This document shows positions 32,550-43,794 of a stretch of DNA of 64,000 nucleotides, piece after piece. The stretch is from Nitrospiraceae bacterium (lineage in GTDB: Bacteria > Nitrospirota > Nitrospiria > Nitrospirales > Nitrospiraceae). The notes below the pieces were generated by a model. The model was given only the letters and a program-made list of their open reading frames with translations, searched no databases and was not told the DNA's origin. Every line of letters begins with the position of its first letter. Position 1 is the first letter of the stretch. A program made the position numbers and the translations under genes. The stretch spans positions 192,001-256,000 of the forward strand of contig JBFWWG010000003.1 in assembly GCA_050246315.1 (NCBI GenBank). Reading direction: 5' to 3'.

Positions 32550-33644
32550 CTACGGGGGGAGCAGCACCTTGCCGGACGAGTCGTCGGCATCTGGAAGCGG
32601 CCTTCCCCCTGCCTCCGGCAGGATGCGAAACTGGGTAATCGCATAGGAGACCGCCTTGCCGACTTCGAGCCGGCTGCGACGAAAGTCTTCCTTGTTGAGG
32701 CGTGAACGAAGGATCAACCCCTCCGACGTTTCGATCTCCAATCGATAGGCGACGCCGAGGAAGTAGATGTGCCGCAGACGCGCTTGGAGTCGGTACAGAG
32801 CCGGGTCCTCGGAAACTTTGACGTAATAGGGACGGAAACCGATCTGTAGCTCCTTGTCATCCGGAAATCCCGGCGCGGGGAATTCCAGCGCGCCCACGCG
32901 GACGAGCCCGCCCCGTACATATCCGGACACGATGTTCATCGCCCCGATGAACCGGGCAACGAACTCGGTGGCCGGTTCCTCATAAATTTCAGCCGGCGTG
33001 CCGATCTGCTCCAGTCGGCCTTTCGAGAAGACGAGAATTCGATCGGAAACCTCCATGGCCTCTTCCTGATCATGCGTCACGAACAGGCTGGTGACGTTCA
33101 ATTCATCATGAAGTCGGATCAACCATTCGCGCAGTTCCTGCCGCACCAGCGCATCGACGGCACCGAACGGCTCATCGAGAAGAAGCACGCTGGGGCGTGG
33201 AGCCAGGGCTCTGGCAATCGCCACCCGCTGGCGTTGTCCCCCAGAGAGTTGGCCGGGATAGCGCGCCTCAAGACCGGGGAGGCCCAGCAGGTTCATCAAC
33301 TCCTTGACGCGCGCGGCTTGGTCCTTTCCCGACCACTTGCGTATCTTGAGCCCGAATGCGATGTTTTCAAACACCGTCAGATGTTTGAACAGCGCATAAT
33401 GCTGAAAGACAAATCCGATATTCCGTTGCTGAACCGGCAGATCATTGACCAATCGGCCGTCGAGATAGATCTCTCCCGTCGTCGGTATTTCCAATCCGGC
33501 CAACATTCTCAGCACGGTGGTTTTCCCGCTGCCGCTCGGACCGAGAATGCCCATCAATTCCCCTTCGCGCACAGTGAAGGAAACCGCCGAGACGACCTCC
33601 ACCGGTCCGAAACGTTTGGAGAGCTGTCGAATATCGATCTTCAT
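32550..33644 (-). CDS. cysA: Sulfate ABC transporter ATPase
   Basis: GPSGSGKT, FVFQHYALF, LSGGQRQR; operon context. Confidence 0.92.
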   Translation of the reverse strand: MKIDIRQLSKRFGPVEVVSAVSFTVREGELMGILGPSGSGKTTVLRMLAGLEIPTTGEIYLDGRLVNDLPVQQRNIGFVFQHYALFKHLTVFENIAFGLKIRKWSGKDQAARVKELMNLLGLPGLEARYPGQLSGGQRQRVAIARALAPRPSVLLLDEPFGAVDALVRQELREWLIRLHDELNVTSLFVTHDQEEAMEVSDRILVFSKGRLEQIGTPAEIYEEPATEFVARFIGAMNIVSGYVRGGLVRVGALEFPAPGFPDDKELQIGFRPYYVKVSEDPALYRLQARLRHIYFLGVAYRLEIETSEGLILRSRLNKEDFRRSRLEVGKAVSYAITQFRILPEAGGRPLPDADDSSGKVLLPP

Positions 33645-33654
33645 CACTCCTCGG

Positions 33655-34455
33655 TCATAGCGAGGCCTTGGCGGAGCGCGCCTTGGCAATCTCCAGCACG
33701 ATCAGGATAAGAAACGAGACGGCGAGCAAGGTCGTCGCTACGGCATAGGCGCCCGCATAGTTGAAATCGACGTAGCTTTGATAAATATGCAAGGTCGCGG
33801 TCTGCGTGAGCAGCAGCACGTTCCCCGAGACCACCAACACCGCCCCGAACTCACCGATTGCCCGGGCCACGGTCAAGGTGACACCGTAAATCAACCCCCA
33901 ACGGATCGCCGGCAGTGTGACCTTGAGAAACACCTGCCATTCGTTGGCTCCCAGCGTTCTGGCCGCTTCCTCACTCTCCGTTCCGATCGTCTGGAGCACC
34001 GGCGTCAGTTCCCGCACGACGAACGGATAGGTCACGAACAGCGTGGCCAGAATCATGGCCGGCTTGGCAAAGAGAATTTTGACCCCGGCGGTGCCGAAAA
34101 ATTGACCGAGCCACGTCTCCGGCCCGAACAGCAGGATGAGCATGAATCCCGCGATGACCGGGGAAACGGCAAAGGGCAGGTCGATCACGCCGCTGAGGAA
34201 CGCACGGCCCCAGAACCGTTGCCGAACCAGCACAAACGCGGTGATGGTGCCGAACAGAACGTTGAGCACGACGACGATCGCAGTAATTTCCGCCGTTAGG
34301 GCGAAGCCATGCATCGCTTCCGGCCTGGTCAGTTCGCTCCAAAACATGGCAATTCCATCACCGAAGGCTTGCGATGAGACATAGGCGATCGGGCCGACCA
34401 GCAGGATCAGGAAGTAGGCCCACACGAGGGTGATGAGCAGGCGGCGCATGGTCAC
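33655..34455 (-). CDS. cysW: Sulfate ABC transporter permease
   Basis: DLPFAVSPV, EEAARTLGA, ARAIGEFGAV. Confidence 0.9.
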   Translation of the reverse strand: MTMRRLLITLVWAYFLILLVGPIAYVSSQAFGDGIAMFWSELTRPEAMHGFALTAEITAIVVVLNVLFGTITAFVLVRQRFWGRAFLSGVIDLPFAVSPVIAGFMLILLFGPETWLGQFFGTAGVKILFAKPAMILATLFVTYPFVVRELTPVLQTIGTESEEAARTLGANEWQVFLKVTLPAIRWGLIYGVTLTVARAIGEFGAVLVVSGNVLLLTQTATLHIYQSYVDFNYAGAYAVATTLLAVSFLILIVLEIAKARSAKASL

Positions 34456-34462
34456 CGCTCCA

Positions 34463-35338
34463 TCACGACGGGAGAACCCCGGAAGGAGATGAAACTTGCC
34501 TACGGACGGGCATCCGCCTGAACCAGGCAGGGAGTCGCTCGCCGGGCGGCCTGACCAACCGCTCCAGCACTAACAGCGCGGCAAACGACAGGACCAACAT
34601 CAGGACGGAAACCGACGTGGCCCCGCGCGGGTTATAGCTTTCGATCTCTCCATAGACATAGACCGACGCCACCTGCGTCTTCATCGGGATATTGCCCGCC
34701 GCAATCACGATCGCGCCGAATTCCCCGAGCGCCCGTACGAAGGTCAGAAACACCCCCGTCAGGAGGCCGGGTAGGGTGGCGGGCACGGTAACCCTCCAGA
34801 ACGTAACCCACGCACTCGCGCCCAAAGTATAGGCTGCCTCTTCCTGCTCCCGTTCCAATTCCATCAGGACCGGCTGAAGCGCGCGCACGACAAAAGGCAT
34901 GGTGACAAACACCATCGCCAAGACAATGCCCGGTCGCTCATAAATGATAGACAACCCGAGCAACTGCAACTCGCTTCCGATGAAACTGGTCGGACCGTAG
35001 ACCGCGACGATCATCAGGCCGGCCACCAGGGTCGGGATGGCGAACGGGAGGTCCACCAGGGAATTAAGCAACCAGCGGCCGGGGAATTCGTATCGCACCA
35101 ATGTCACAGCCGTCACCGTTCCGAAGACGGCATTGATGATGGTGGTGAGGAGCGCGGCACCAACGGTCAGTTTTACAGCCGCCCACGCCTGCGGGTGGGA
35201 GACATCGTCCAGAAAGCCGGCCGGCCCGTTCGCGAATGAGGCCTGGACAATGACTGCTAGAGGCAGCACGATCAAGGCGAACACATAGCCGATGCTCGTC
35301 ACACGGAGCGCGGTCTTGACAAGGGAGCGGGGCAACAT
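34463..35338 (-). CDS. cysT: Sulfate ABC transporter permease
   Basis: RYEFPGR, DLPFAIPT, EEAAYTLGAS, AGNIPMKT. Confidence 0.9.
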   Translation of the reverse strand: MLPRSLVKTALRVTSIGYVFALIVLPLAVIVQASFANGPAGFLDDVSHPQAWAAVKLTVGAALLTTIINAVFGTVTAVTLVRYEFPGRWLLNSLVDLPFAIPTLVAGLMIVAVYGPTSFIGSELQLLGLSIIYERPGIVLAMVFVTMPFVVRALQPVLMELEREQEEAAYTLGASAWVTFWRVTVPATLPGLLTGVFLTFVRALGEFGAIVIAAGNIPMKTQVASVYVYGEIESYNPRGATSVSVLMLVLSFAALLVLERLVRPPGERLPAWFRRMPVRRQVSSPSGVLPS

Positions 35339-35419
35339 GCAACTCTCACGGGCGCTTCGGGGACGCGCATTCGATTCATCGCCGATGGGAGACCGCTCCC
35401 TTCGGCACGTCTGGACGCT

Positions 35420-36463
35420 TCACCGGGTACGGGCCAATTCTTCTATCGCCTTGGTCCACACCCCCTGAGGACCGAACACCTGAGCGGTGACGGACTCCCA
35501 TCCTCCCAATTCTTTGATGGAAAAAATCTCAGAGGGCTGGGCTGCAGGCACGCCGCCGGCAGGACCGGCAGCGGGGCGGAATCCCAGATCTGCGAAGGCC
35601 TGTTGAGCTTGCGCGTCATGCAAGAACGCGACGAAGGCCTCCGCGACATCCCTGACCCGATGCTTATCGGCATACCGGTCCACCACCGCCACCGGATTTT
35701 CGATCAGGATGGTGGTGGGCGGCGTGACGATCTCGTAGAGGCGGCCGAGCTTCACGCGAGGCACGAGCTCGTTTTCATAGGTCACGATGACGTCCCCGAT
35801 ACCCCGCTCGAACGTCGTCACCGACTCGCGTCCGCTCTTGTCCATCACCTTGACGTTCTTCTGAATCCGTTTCAGTAAATCCGCTGCGTAGGATGACGGG
35901 TTGGCCGTTCCCGGCGGAGGCTGACGGAGACCCGCACCGTAAATCGCCAGAATGTCCCACATGGCACCGCCGGAAGTCTTGGGGTTCGGATAGAGCACGT
36001 CGATCCCCCCTTTCGCAAGATCCTCCCAAGTCTTGATCCTCTTAGGGTTGCCCTTTCTGGTTCCCCATACCACGAGCGACGTGGTGACGATGCCGCGGTG
36101 GGGGCCTTGTTTCCAGTCGTGCGTAATCAGCCCGGCCTTGATGATTTGGGCCAAGTCGCCTTCGAGGGAAAGAGCGGCGACATCGGCTTCGAACCCGCCG
36201 AGGATGGCTCTGGTTTGTGCGCCGGAGGCGCTGTACGACGATCGCACTCGAAGATCTTGGCCGGTCTTGGCCTTCCAATGCGCCTGAAATGCCGGAATGA
36301 TCTGTTTCTCATACGCTTCTTTGGGCACACTGTAGGAGGCGATGACGAGTTCCCGTGTTTCGGCGCCGACCGGAACCGCCGCCGACAGAAGGAAGCCAAC
36401 CCAGCAGAAAAGTCCGAACCATCTTCGAGCCCGATTGAGTCTGTCGATGAGAGAGCCGACCAT
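35420..36463 (-). CDS. sbp: Sulfate-binding periplasmic protein
   Basis: SGAQTR, PNPKTSGGAMW, GDVIVTYENE. Confidence 0.9.
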   Translation of the reverse strand: MVGSLIDRLNRARRWFGLFCWVGFLLSAAVPVGAETRELVIASYSVPKEAYEKQIIPAFQAHWKAKTGQDLRVRSSYSASGAQTRAILGGFEADVAALSLEGDLAQIIKAGLITHDWKQGPHRGIVTTSLVVWGTRKGNPKRIKTWEDLAKGGIDVLYPNPKTSGGAMWDILAIYGAGLRQPPPGTANPSSYAADLLKRIQKNVKVMDKSGRESVTTFERGIGDVIVTYENELVPRVKLGRLYEIVTPPTTILIENPVAVVDRYADKHRVRDVAEAFVAFLHDAQAQQAFADLGFRPAAGPAGGVPAAQPSEIFSIKELGGWESVTAQVFGPQGVWTKAIEELARTR

Positions 36464-36464
36464 A

Positions 36465-36902
36465 TCAGCGGCCTCCTTTCACGCCCTTGGAGAAATCGTG
36501 AAGCGTGTAGTTGTCCAGGATGGATGCGATCGCGTTGCGCACCTCTCCCATGGCGTCCTGCAACGGGCAAAATTCCTTTTTCGCATAGGGACAGTCATGG
36601 CATTTTTGATAGGCGGTCTTGCTCACGCAGCCGATTGGCGCCAACGGACCGTCCAGGAGCCGAATGACCTGTCCCAATGTAATCTCCTTCGGCGCCTTGA
36701 TCAGCTCATATCCGCCGCGGATGCCTCGTCGGCTCGCGAGGATTCCGGCACGCTTGAGGGCCAACAGGATCTGTTCGAGAAACTCAACCGGGATCCGCTG
36801 CCGCTCGCCGATCTCCTGGCGCTGAATCAGCCGCTCGTTGTAGTGCAGCGCGAGTTCCAGCAAGGCCCGCAGGCCGTATTCGCTCTTCTTGGAAAATTTC
36901 AT
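36465..36902 (-). CDS. Rrf2-family regulator (IscR/CymR-like)
   Basis: EYGLRAL, FLEQIL, SRRGIRGGY, Cys-rich C-terminus; first gene of the sulfate operon. Confidence 0.92.
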   Translation of the reverse strand: MKFSKKSEYGLRALLELALHYNERLIQRQEIGERQRIPVEFLEQILLALKRAGILASRRGIRGGYELIKAPKEITLGQVIRLLDGPLAPIGCVSKTAYQKCHDCPYAKKEFCPLQDAMGEVRNAIASILDNYTLHDFSKGVKGGR

Positions 36903-36916
36903 TTCCGCTCGAAGTA

Positions 36917-36932
36917 ACTAAAGTGATTTAGT
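36917..36932. promoter_or_regulatory. Candidate Rrf2 operator
   Basis: Perfect inverted repeat ACTAAA-GTGA-TTTAGT immediately upstream of the Rrf2 start. Confidence 0.55.
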
Positions 36933-37084
36933 CAACTTGAACGAGAAGTACTCCATCGTCCGACCATTGTCAAGCCGCGCCGAGCGCATCCGACGGCGGT
37001 GCATGCTCTCGTCAGGGTCGCCATACCCTCGTTCCGTGACAGGCAAGGATGCTCGTCGTCATTGCACAGCCATAGATCGCCCGC

Positions 37085-37113
37085 TTGACAGGGTGGTGTG
37101 TTCTTGTTACGTT
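37085..37113 (+). promoter_or_regulatory. Sigma70-type promoter of glyQS
   Basis: TTGACA-17 nt-TACGTT. Confidence 0.5.
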
Positions 37114-37166
37114 CGCTTCTCTAAAACACATTGATCGACAAGGGTTTTTGAAGGGTTTTTCAGCCT

Positions 37167-38108
37167 GTGACCTTCCAGGACGTGATTCTCTCGCTCCACC
37201 GTTTTTGGGCCGATCAAGGCTGCGTCGTCCACCAACCGTATGACCTGGAAATGGGGGCCGGCACCTTCCATCCGGCCACCTTCTTGCGTGCCCTTGGGCC
37301 GGAGCCCTGGCGCTCAGCCTATGCGCAGCCCTGCCGGCGTCCGACCGATGGGCGATACGGAGACAATCCCAACCGATTACAGCACTACTATCAGTACCAA
37401 GTGGTGCTCAAACCCGCCCCGCCCGACATTCAGGATCTCTACCTCCGCAGCCTGGCCTTCTTGGGGATCGATCCAAAGGAGCACGACATTCGCTTCATGC
37501 AGGACGACTGGGAATCCCCGACGTTGGGAGCCTGGGGACTGGGCTGGGAAGTCCGGCTGGACGGCATGGAAATCACCCAGTTCACATATTTTCAGGAAAT
37601 CGGTGGCATCGAACTTCAACCGATTACGGTCGAATTGACCTATGGCACGGAACGAATCGCCATGTACTTGCAGGGCGTCGACAACGTCTTCGACCTGGCC
37701 TGGAACGAGTCGATCTCCTATGGCGACATTCACCATCGCACCGAGGTGGAGTTCTCCAAGCACAATTTCGAGGAAGCGAATGTCCCCATGCTGATGGCGG
37801 GGTTTCAAGCCTATGAAGCCGAGTGTCAGTCGTTATTGGCCAAGCGATTGACCTTACCGGCCTATGACTACTGCATCAAGTCGTCGCACCTGTTCAACCT
37901 GCTCGACGCCAGAGGCGCGATCAGCGTGACCGAACGGACCGGCTACATCGCGCGCGTCCGCGCCCTCGCAAGACAATGTGCCGAGCACTATGTACAGGAT
38001 CGAGAAACGATGGGCTTTCCTCTGCTGGCCCGCACGGGTCAGGGACTTCCGCGGCGAGGCGCCAAGGAGCGCAGTCGCTCACGCACCCCGCACAAGCGGC
38101 CTAGGTAA
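37167..38108 (+). CDS. glyQ: Glycyl-tRNA synthetase alpha subunit
   Basis: [40 protein letters not shown]. Confidence 0.97.
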   Translation: MTFQDVILSLHRFWADQGCVVHQPYDLEMGAGTFHPATFLRALGPEPWRSAYAQPCRRPTDGRYGDNPNRLQHYYQYQVVLKPAPPDIQDLYLRSLAFLGIDPKEHDIRFMQDDWESPTLGAWGLGWEVRLDGMEITQFTYFQEIGGIELQPITVELTYGTERIAMYLQGVDNVFDLAWNESISYGDIHHRTEVEFSKHNFEEANVPMLMAGFQAYEAECQSLLAKRLTLPAYDYCIKSSHLFNLLDARGAISVTERTGYIARVRALARQCAEHYVQDRETMGFPLLARTGQGLPRRGAKERSRSRTPHKRPR

Positions 38109-38143
38109 GACCGACAACCCACGGAACGCATTGCACAGAACTC

Positions 38144-40381
38144 ATGCTCTCCTCATCTCAATCAGGATCGACCCGATCGACACGTGCCCGTTCAACCGCG
38201 AGGGAGCCGCGCGAGGATTTCGTGCTGGAAATCGGCACGGAAGAGTTGCCCTATCAATTCATAGCCCCGACGCTCCGCTCACTTCAAGAACTGACCGAAC
38301 GGCTGCTTACTGAGCAGCGACTGGCCTTTGGAGCCGTCTCGACGGCCGGCACCCCTCGGCGGTTGGCAGTGGAAGTGCGGAGTTTGGCGCTTCGCCAGGC
38401 TTCGGCCGTCAAGGAAGTCATGGGACCTCCCAAATCCGCCGCCTACGACGGGACCGGACAACCGACCAAGGCTGCGCTGGGGTTCGCAGCTTCGCAGGGC
38501 GTCTCCGTCTCGGATCTTGAGGTACGCCAGATGCCCAAGGGTGAGTACCTCTTCGCCGTAAGGCGGGAGCCAGGCGAAGCGGCCGAATCGGTCCTGCGCG
38601 TCCAGCTCCCTCAGCTTATTCAACGCCTGTCGTTCCCCAAAGCGATGAAATGGAACGAGACCGGCTTCCGATTCGCGCGGCCCATCCGGTGGTTGTTAGC
38701 TCTCTTGGGAGAGAAGCTGATTCCGTTCGAGGTCGGTGGTATGACGTCTGCCCGGTTGACCTACGGCCATCGCTTTCTCGGTGGATCGGCAAAGGTACGC
38801 TCATCCGGTATCATCGCCAAGAATGCCGCCTCCTACCGGTCGTTGCTGGAGAAACATGGTGTCGTCGTTGATCCAGTCCGGCGCCGCTCGCTGATCGAGG
38901 AATCCCTTCAGAGCCTGGCCCGCAAGGCGAAGGCCGAGCTGCGGATGGACCACGAGCTGCTCGAACAGGCGACCTACGCCGTTGAATTTCCGTCCGCCAT
39001 CCTCGGCGAGTTCGATGCACGCTATCTGAAGCTGCCGCCCGATATCATCGAAACCGCCATGCGGGAACACCAGGGGTTCTTTGTGCTCCGCAACCAGCAG
39101 GGAGGCCTACTTCCGCAGTTTCTCGCAGTCACGAACATCCGCCCTCACGACCAATCGCTGATCCGCAAGGGAAACGAGAGAGTGCTGGCGGCGCGGCTCG
39201 CGGATGCGGCCTTCTATTTTGACGCAGATCGGAAGGCCAACCTTGCGGACCGGGTCGAGAAACTGAAGCACGTCGTATTCCATCAAAAGCTGGGCACGCT
39301 GCACCAGAAGACCCAACGGCTGATCGCGCTTGCCGGATATCTGGCCGAGCATCTGGGACAGAGCCATTTGGTGGACGCCTGCAAGCGCGCGGCCCTGCTG
39401 AGCAAGACCGACCTGCTGACCGGTGTCGTCGGAGAGTTTCCAACCTTGCAGGGGCTGATGGGCCGCGAGTACGCCGCACACGATGGAGAATCCGCGGAAG
39501 TCGCCCTGGCCTTGCAGGAACAGTATCGGCCCCGCACGTTGGAGGACGACGGTCCTTCCAGTGCTGCCGGAAAAATTCTTGCTCTGGCGGACCGGCTCGA
39601 CAACGTCGCAGCTTTTTTCTCCGCCGGCCTCATCCCGACTGGATCGGAGGACCCCTTCGCGCTAAGACGCCAAGCCTCGGGACTCGTCCGAATCCTCGTT
39701 GAAGGGGACTTACGCCTCGATCTGGCTGGAGCGCTCACGCATGCCGCCGCTCTCGTCCGCGAGCAGGGGTTCGGCTCGTGTACCCAGACCGACCCGCAAA
39801 TTCCGGCGCCCCAGAAGGCCGGACGAAGCCCAAGTACCCAGGCTGATCCGCTGGAATTCGTCCTCGAACGGTTCCGCTACTATGGTCAGACGGTGCAGGG
39901 GCTCCGCGACGACGTGATGCAGGCGGTGACAAGGACACCCGGACTCAGAGAATACGACCTGAGCGACCTGCTCGCACGGATCAAATGCTTACAGGCCCTG
40001 ACCGCCAAAACGGATTTCGATCCGCTGATCGTCGGCTTCAAACGCGCCCATCGGCTCATCGAGAAAGAGCGCTGGACGTCGGATTCCATTACTCCGGAAC
40101 TGTTCGAACACGAGGCCGAAAGTCGGCTGTACGAGGCGTTGCTTCAGGCACAGCACCGGGTTCCTGATTGGCTCCAAGCTCGGGACTATGCACTCGCCTT
40201 GGGCGAACTCATTGCACTCAAACCCGCCATCGATGAATTCTTCGCGAGAGTGATGGTCAACACCGAGCATTCTGGGTTACGATCGAATCGGCTGTCGTTG
40301 CTCTATGTGATCGACGTACTCTTTCTCTCATGCGCCGACTTGTCGCTGATCGCCGCACAGGGAACCGAACGGGGGGCCTGA
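38144..40381 (+). CDS. glyS: Glycyl-tRNA synthetase beta subunit
   Basis: EIGTEELP, TPRRL, GNERVLAARLADA, GSEDPFALRR. Confidence 0.96.
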   Translation: MLSSSQSGSTRSTRARSTAREPREDFVLEIGTEELPYQFIAPTLRSLQELTERLLTEQRLAFGAVSTAGTPRRLAVEVRSLALRQASAVKEVMGPPKSAAYDGTGQPTKAALGFAASQGVSVSDLEVRQMPKGEYLFAVRREPGEAAESVLRVQLPQLIQRLSFPKAMKWNETGFRFARPIRWLLALLGEKLIPFEVGGMTSARLTYGHRFLGGSAKVRSSGIIAKNAASYRSLLEKHGVVVDPVRRRSLIEESLQSLARKAKAELRMDHELLEQATYAVEFPSAILGEFDARYLKLPPDIIETAMREHQGFFVLRNQQGGLLPQFLAVTNIRPHDQSLIRKGNERVLAARLADAAFYFDADRKANLADRVEKLKHVVFHQKLGTLHQKTQRLIALAGYLAEHLGQSHLVDACKRAALLSKTDLLTGVVGEFPTLQGLMGREYAAHDGESAEVALALQEQYRPRTLEDDGPSSAAGKILALADRLDNVAAFFSAGLIPTGSEDPFALRRQASGLVRILVEGDLRLDLAGALTHAAALVREQGFGSCTQTDPQIPAPQKAGRSPSTQADPLEFVLERFRYYGQTVQGLRDDVMQAVTRTPGLREYDLSDLLARIKCLQALTAKTDFDPLIVGFKRAHRLIEKERWTSDSITPELFEHEAESRLYEALLQAQHRVPDWLQARDYALALGELIALKPAIDEFFARVMVNTEHSGLRSNRLSLLYVIDVLFLSCADLSLIAAQGTERGA

Positions 40382-40408
40382 CCGTCAACGCATCAGGGGA
40401 GGTCGGGG

Positions 40409-40969
40409 ATGGATTCACGCAATGCCTCGGTCAATCCGTGCCCAGAGCCACATCGGACGCCGGATCCGACGCCGCGCACGCCTGAATTCTCAGACGGAGA
40501 CGGGAAGACGCGTCTCGTCCGGCGGTATGCCACCGGCGTCACGGTGGTGCTGATGATCCTCTGTCCCGCCCTGTTCTTTCTCGGCCTCTGGGTCAGCGAC
40601 ATTCGTGCCGACCAGTTGTTCCGGCTTCCCGACGTCTTCCATCCGGCCAAGGATGTCTGCCTGCGATTGGGGTGGCAAAGGGTCTCGGGCAAAGAGGATC
40701 TGGTCCAGGTCTGTTCCGAATGGATCCACCTCTCCGATCCTTCTGGAGAAACCCACAGCCTGACGAGGGAAACGACGATCCGGGAAGGGGCGGACGGCAA
40801 ACTTTATTTCGACTATGGTTCGTTGACGGATTGGCGATTGTTCGCCTATGTCGGATTGGTGGTCGCGATCCTTGCATTCGGGTGGTTTGTACGGCGCTAC
40901 CTCGTCACCCGATACCGCCTGCGGCTCGAAGCCGCCGCGCGACAGACATCCATCATGCATTGGTCATAA
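40409..40969 (+). CDS. Hypothetical membrane protein
   Basis: Two TM segments; RBS GGAGG; lies between glyS and ppdK. Confidence 0.65.
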   Translation: MDSRNASVNPCPEPHRTPDPTPRTPEFSDGDGKTRLVRRYATGVTVVLMILCPALFFLGLWVSDIRADQLFRLPDVFHPAKDVCLRLGWQRVSGKEDLVQVCSEWIHLSDPSGETHSLTRETTIREGADGKLYFDYGSLTDWRLFAYVGLVVAILAFGWFVRRYLVTRYRLRLEAAARQTSIMHWS

Positions 40970-40989
40970 GAGGGAAGGAGCACACGACC

Positions 40990-43794
40990 GTGGGAGCCAA
41001 GAAGAAATACGTCTACTTTTTCGGCGACGGGAAGGCAGAAGGCAAGGGCGAGATGAAAAACCTGCTGGGAGGCAAAGGCGCCGGCCTGGCCGAGATGACG
41101 AACCTGAAGATATCCGTGCCCGCCGGCTTCACCATCACCACCGAAGCCTGCGTCGAATACTACAAGCGCGGCAAGACCTATCCGTCGGGGATGTGGGAGG
41201 AAGCGCTCCAAGCCTTGAAGCGTGTCGAACGATCAATGGGAGCCAAGTTCGGCGACCCCGCGAATCCTTTGCTGGTGTCGGTGCGATCCGGCGCCCGCGC
41301 CTCCATGCCCGGCATGATGGACACGGTGTTGAACGTCGGGTTGACGACCAAGACCGTCGAGGGTCTGGCGGCCAAGACCCGCAACGAGCGCTTTGCTCAG
41401 GACAGTTACCGGCGGTTCGTCACGATGTTCGGTAGCATCGTGATGGGCGTCTCGCGCGAGCATTTCGAGGAAATCCTCGCCCACAAGAAGGCCGAACTGG
41501 GCCTAACCCAGGACACCCATTTGGACGCGAAAGCCCTTCGCGAATTAGTGGCCAGCTTCAAAGAGCTGATTCACCACGATACCGGCGAGACCTTCCCCGA
41601 CGACCCCATCGACCAATTGCGAATGGCCACCAATGCCGTGTTTTCGTCCTGGTACGGAGCGCGCGCCATCACCTACCGCAAGCTCTACAGCATTCCCGAT
41701 ACCTGGGGCACCGCCGTCAACGTGGTGGCGATGGTGTTCGGCAATATGGGTGAAACAAGCGGCACCGGCGTGGCATTCACGAGGGATCCCTCCACTGGCG
41801 AAAAACGGTTCTTCGGCGAATGCCTCCTGAACGCGCAGGGCGAGGACGTGGTCGCAGGCATTCGCACGCCGCTGCCCGTTGCCGAACTGGGGAAGACCGT
41901 ACCGCATGCGTTTCGGGATTTGGAGACTACCTATAAGAAGCTGGAGAAGCACTATCGCGACATGCTCGACATCGAGTTCACGATCCAGGAAGGCAAACTC
42001 TACATGTTGCAGACCAGAGTCGGGAAACGGACCGGCATCGCCGCCGTCCGGATTGCCGCAGACATGGTCAAGGAAGGACTGATCACAAGAGAAGAGGCGG
42101 TCAGGCGGGTTGAACCGGACCACCTCTCTCAATACCTCTATCCGATTTTCGACCTGGCGGAAGAATCCAAGCGATCGCCGCTCGGCAAAGGGCTACCGGC
42201 TGGGCCGGGGGCCGCCGCCGGAAAGATCGCCCTCACGCCGGATCGCGCCGTCGAAATGCAGGCGGCGGGCAGCCGGGTCATCCTGGTCCGTCAAGAAACC
42301 AGTCCGGACGACATCCACGGCATGAACGCCTCGCTCGGCTTTCTCACGGCGCGCGGCGGCATGACGTCCCACGCCGCAGTCGTTGCCCGGCAAATGGGAA
42401 AGGTCTGCGTGGCCGGTTGTGAGGGCGTGGAGGTGGAGGGGAACCAAAGTGTGCGGATCGGCAACAAGGTATTCCGCGAGGGCGACTATCTCTCGATCAA
42501 CGGATCGACCGGCAACGTCTACGACGGGGATATTCCGGTCGTCGCTTCGGAGGTCATTCAGGTCCTGGAAGGAAAACTCGCTTCGGCTCAGTCCGACAAG
42601 TACCAACGGTTCGAGACCATTCTAAAATGGGCGGACGAGATCCGCTCGCTCAAGATCCGGGCCAATGCGGACGTCCCGGATCAGGCCCGTATCGCGCGAG
42701 GCTTCGGCGCGGAAGGGATCGGCCTCTGCCGCACGGAACACATGTTCTTCGCCGAGGATCGCATTCCGATCATGCAGAAGATGATCCTGGCCAGGTCGTC
42801 CCAAGACCGTGAGCGATATCTGGAACAACTGCTGCCGCTGCAAAAGCAGGACTTCCTGGGCCTGTACCGGGAGATGAAAGGGCATCCAGTGACGATCCGG
42901 CTGCTCGACCCGCCATTGCACGAATTTCTGCCGAAGCGGGAGGAGTTGATGGTGGAAATTGCGAAATATGAGTTGACCGGCGGCAATCCCGCCATGCTGG
43001 ACGAGAAGCGGAAGTTGTTGGCCCGGGTCGAGGAGTTACACGAGTTCAATCCGATGCTCGGACTCCGCGGCTGCCGCCTCGGCATCACCATGCCGGAGAT
43101 TACCCGGATGCAGGTGCGCGCGATCATCGAAGCCGCGTGCGAAATCGCCAAGGAAGGCAAGAAGATCGTGCCCGAAATCATGATCCCGCTCGTCGGCATG
43201 ATTACGGAAATGAAGGCGCAGAAGGATCTCGTTCGCGAGGTGGCGCAAGAGACGATGAAGCGGCACGGAGTCAAGTTGAACTATCTGGTCGGCACCATGA
43301 TCGAATTGCCGCGGGCGGCCGTCACCGCCGGGCAGATCGCGCAGGAAGCCGAGTTCTTCTCCTTCGGCACCAACGATCTCACGCAGACCACGTTCGGATT
43401 CTCCCGCGACGATGCGGCCAAGTTCGTCGGCATTTACAAGGATCAAAAAATTCTCGAAGCCGACCCCTTTGAGACGATCGACCGGGAAGGGGTGGGCGAG
43501 ATCATGCGCTTGGCCATCGGAGACGGACGCAAGACCCGAGCGGACCTCAAGCTGGGCATCTGCGGAGAGCACGGCGGCGACCCGAGATCCATCGAGTTTT
43601 GTCACCAGTTGGGCCTCGACTATGTGAGCTGTTCTCCTTATCGAGTCGCCATTGCGCGGTTGGCAGCGGCACACTCGGTCTTGAACGGCAAGCCAGCCGG
43701 AAAGCCATCGGCCAAGGAGAGAAAGAGCGGCATGTCCGCTCGCGCCAGGACGTCGGTCAGCCGCGCCAAGAAGGCGCGTCGCGCAAAGCGGTGA
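40990..43794 (+). CDS. ppdK: Pyruvate, phosphate dikinase
   Basis: LLGGKGAGLAEM, GGMTSHAAVVAR, GIGLCRTEHMF, GICGEHGGDP; GTG start after RBS AAGGAG. Confidence 0.97.
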   Translation: MGAKKKYVYFFGDGKAEGKGEMKNLLGGKGAGLAEMTNLKISVPAGFTITTEACVEYYKRGKTYPSGMWEEALQALKRVERSMGAKFGDPANPLLVSVRSGARASMPGMMDTVLNVGLTTKTVEGLAAKTRNERFAQDSYRRFVTMFGSIVMGVSREHFEEILAHKKAELGLTQDTHLDAKALRELVASFKELIHHDTGETFPDDPIDQLRMATNAVFSSWYGARAITYRKLYSIPDTWGTAVNVVAMVFGNMGETSGTGVAFTRDPSTGEKRFFGECLLNAQGEDVVAGIRTPLPVAELGKTVPHAFRDLETTYKKLEKHYRDMLDIEFTIQEGKLYMLQTRVGKRTGIAAVRIAADMVKEGLITREEAVRRVEPDHLSQYLYPIFDLAEESKRSPLGKGLPAGPGAAAGKIALTPDRAVEMQAAGSRVILVRQETSPDDIHGMNASLGFLTARGGMTSHAAVVARQMGKVCVAGCEGVEVEGNQSVRIGNKVFREGDYLSINGSTGNVYDGDIPVVASEVIQVLEGKLASAQSDKYQRFETILKWADEIRSLKIRANADVPDQARIARGFGAEGIGLCRTEHMFFAEDRIPIMQKMILARSSQDRERYLEQLLPLQKQDFLGLYREMKGHPVTIRLLDPPLHEFLPKREELMVEIAKYELTGGNPAMLDEKRKLLARVEELHEFNPMLGLRGCRLGITMPEITRMQVRAIIEAACEIAKEGKKIVPEIMIPLVGMITEMKAQKDLVREVAQETMKRHGVKLNYLVGTMIELPRAAVTAGQIAQEAEFFSFGTNDLTQTTFGFSRDDAAKFVGIYKDQKILEADPFETIDREGVGEIMRLAIGDGRKTRADLKLGICGEHGGDPRSIEFCHQLGLDYVSCSPYRVAIARLAAAHSVLNGKPAGKPSAKERKSGMSARARTSVSRAKKARRAKR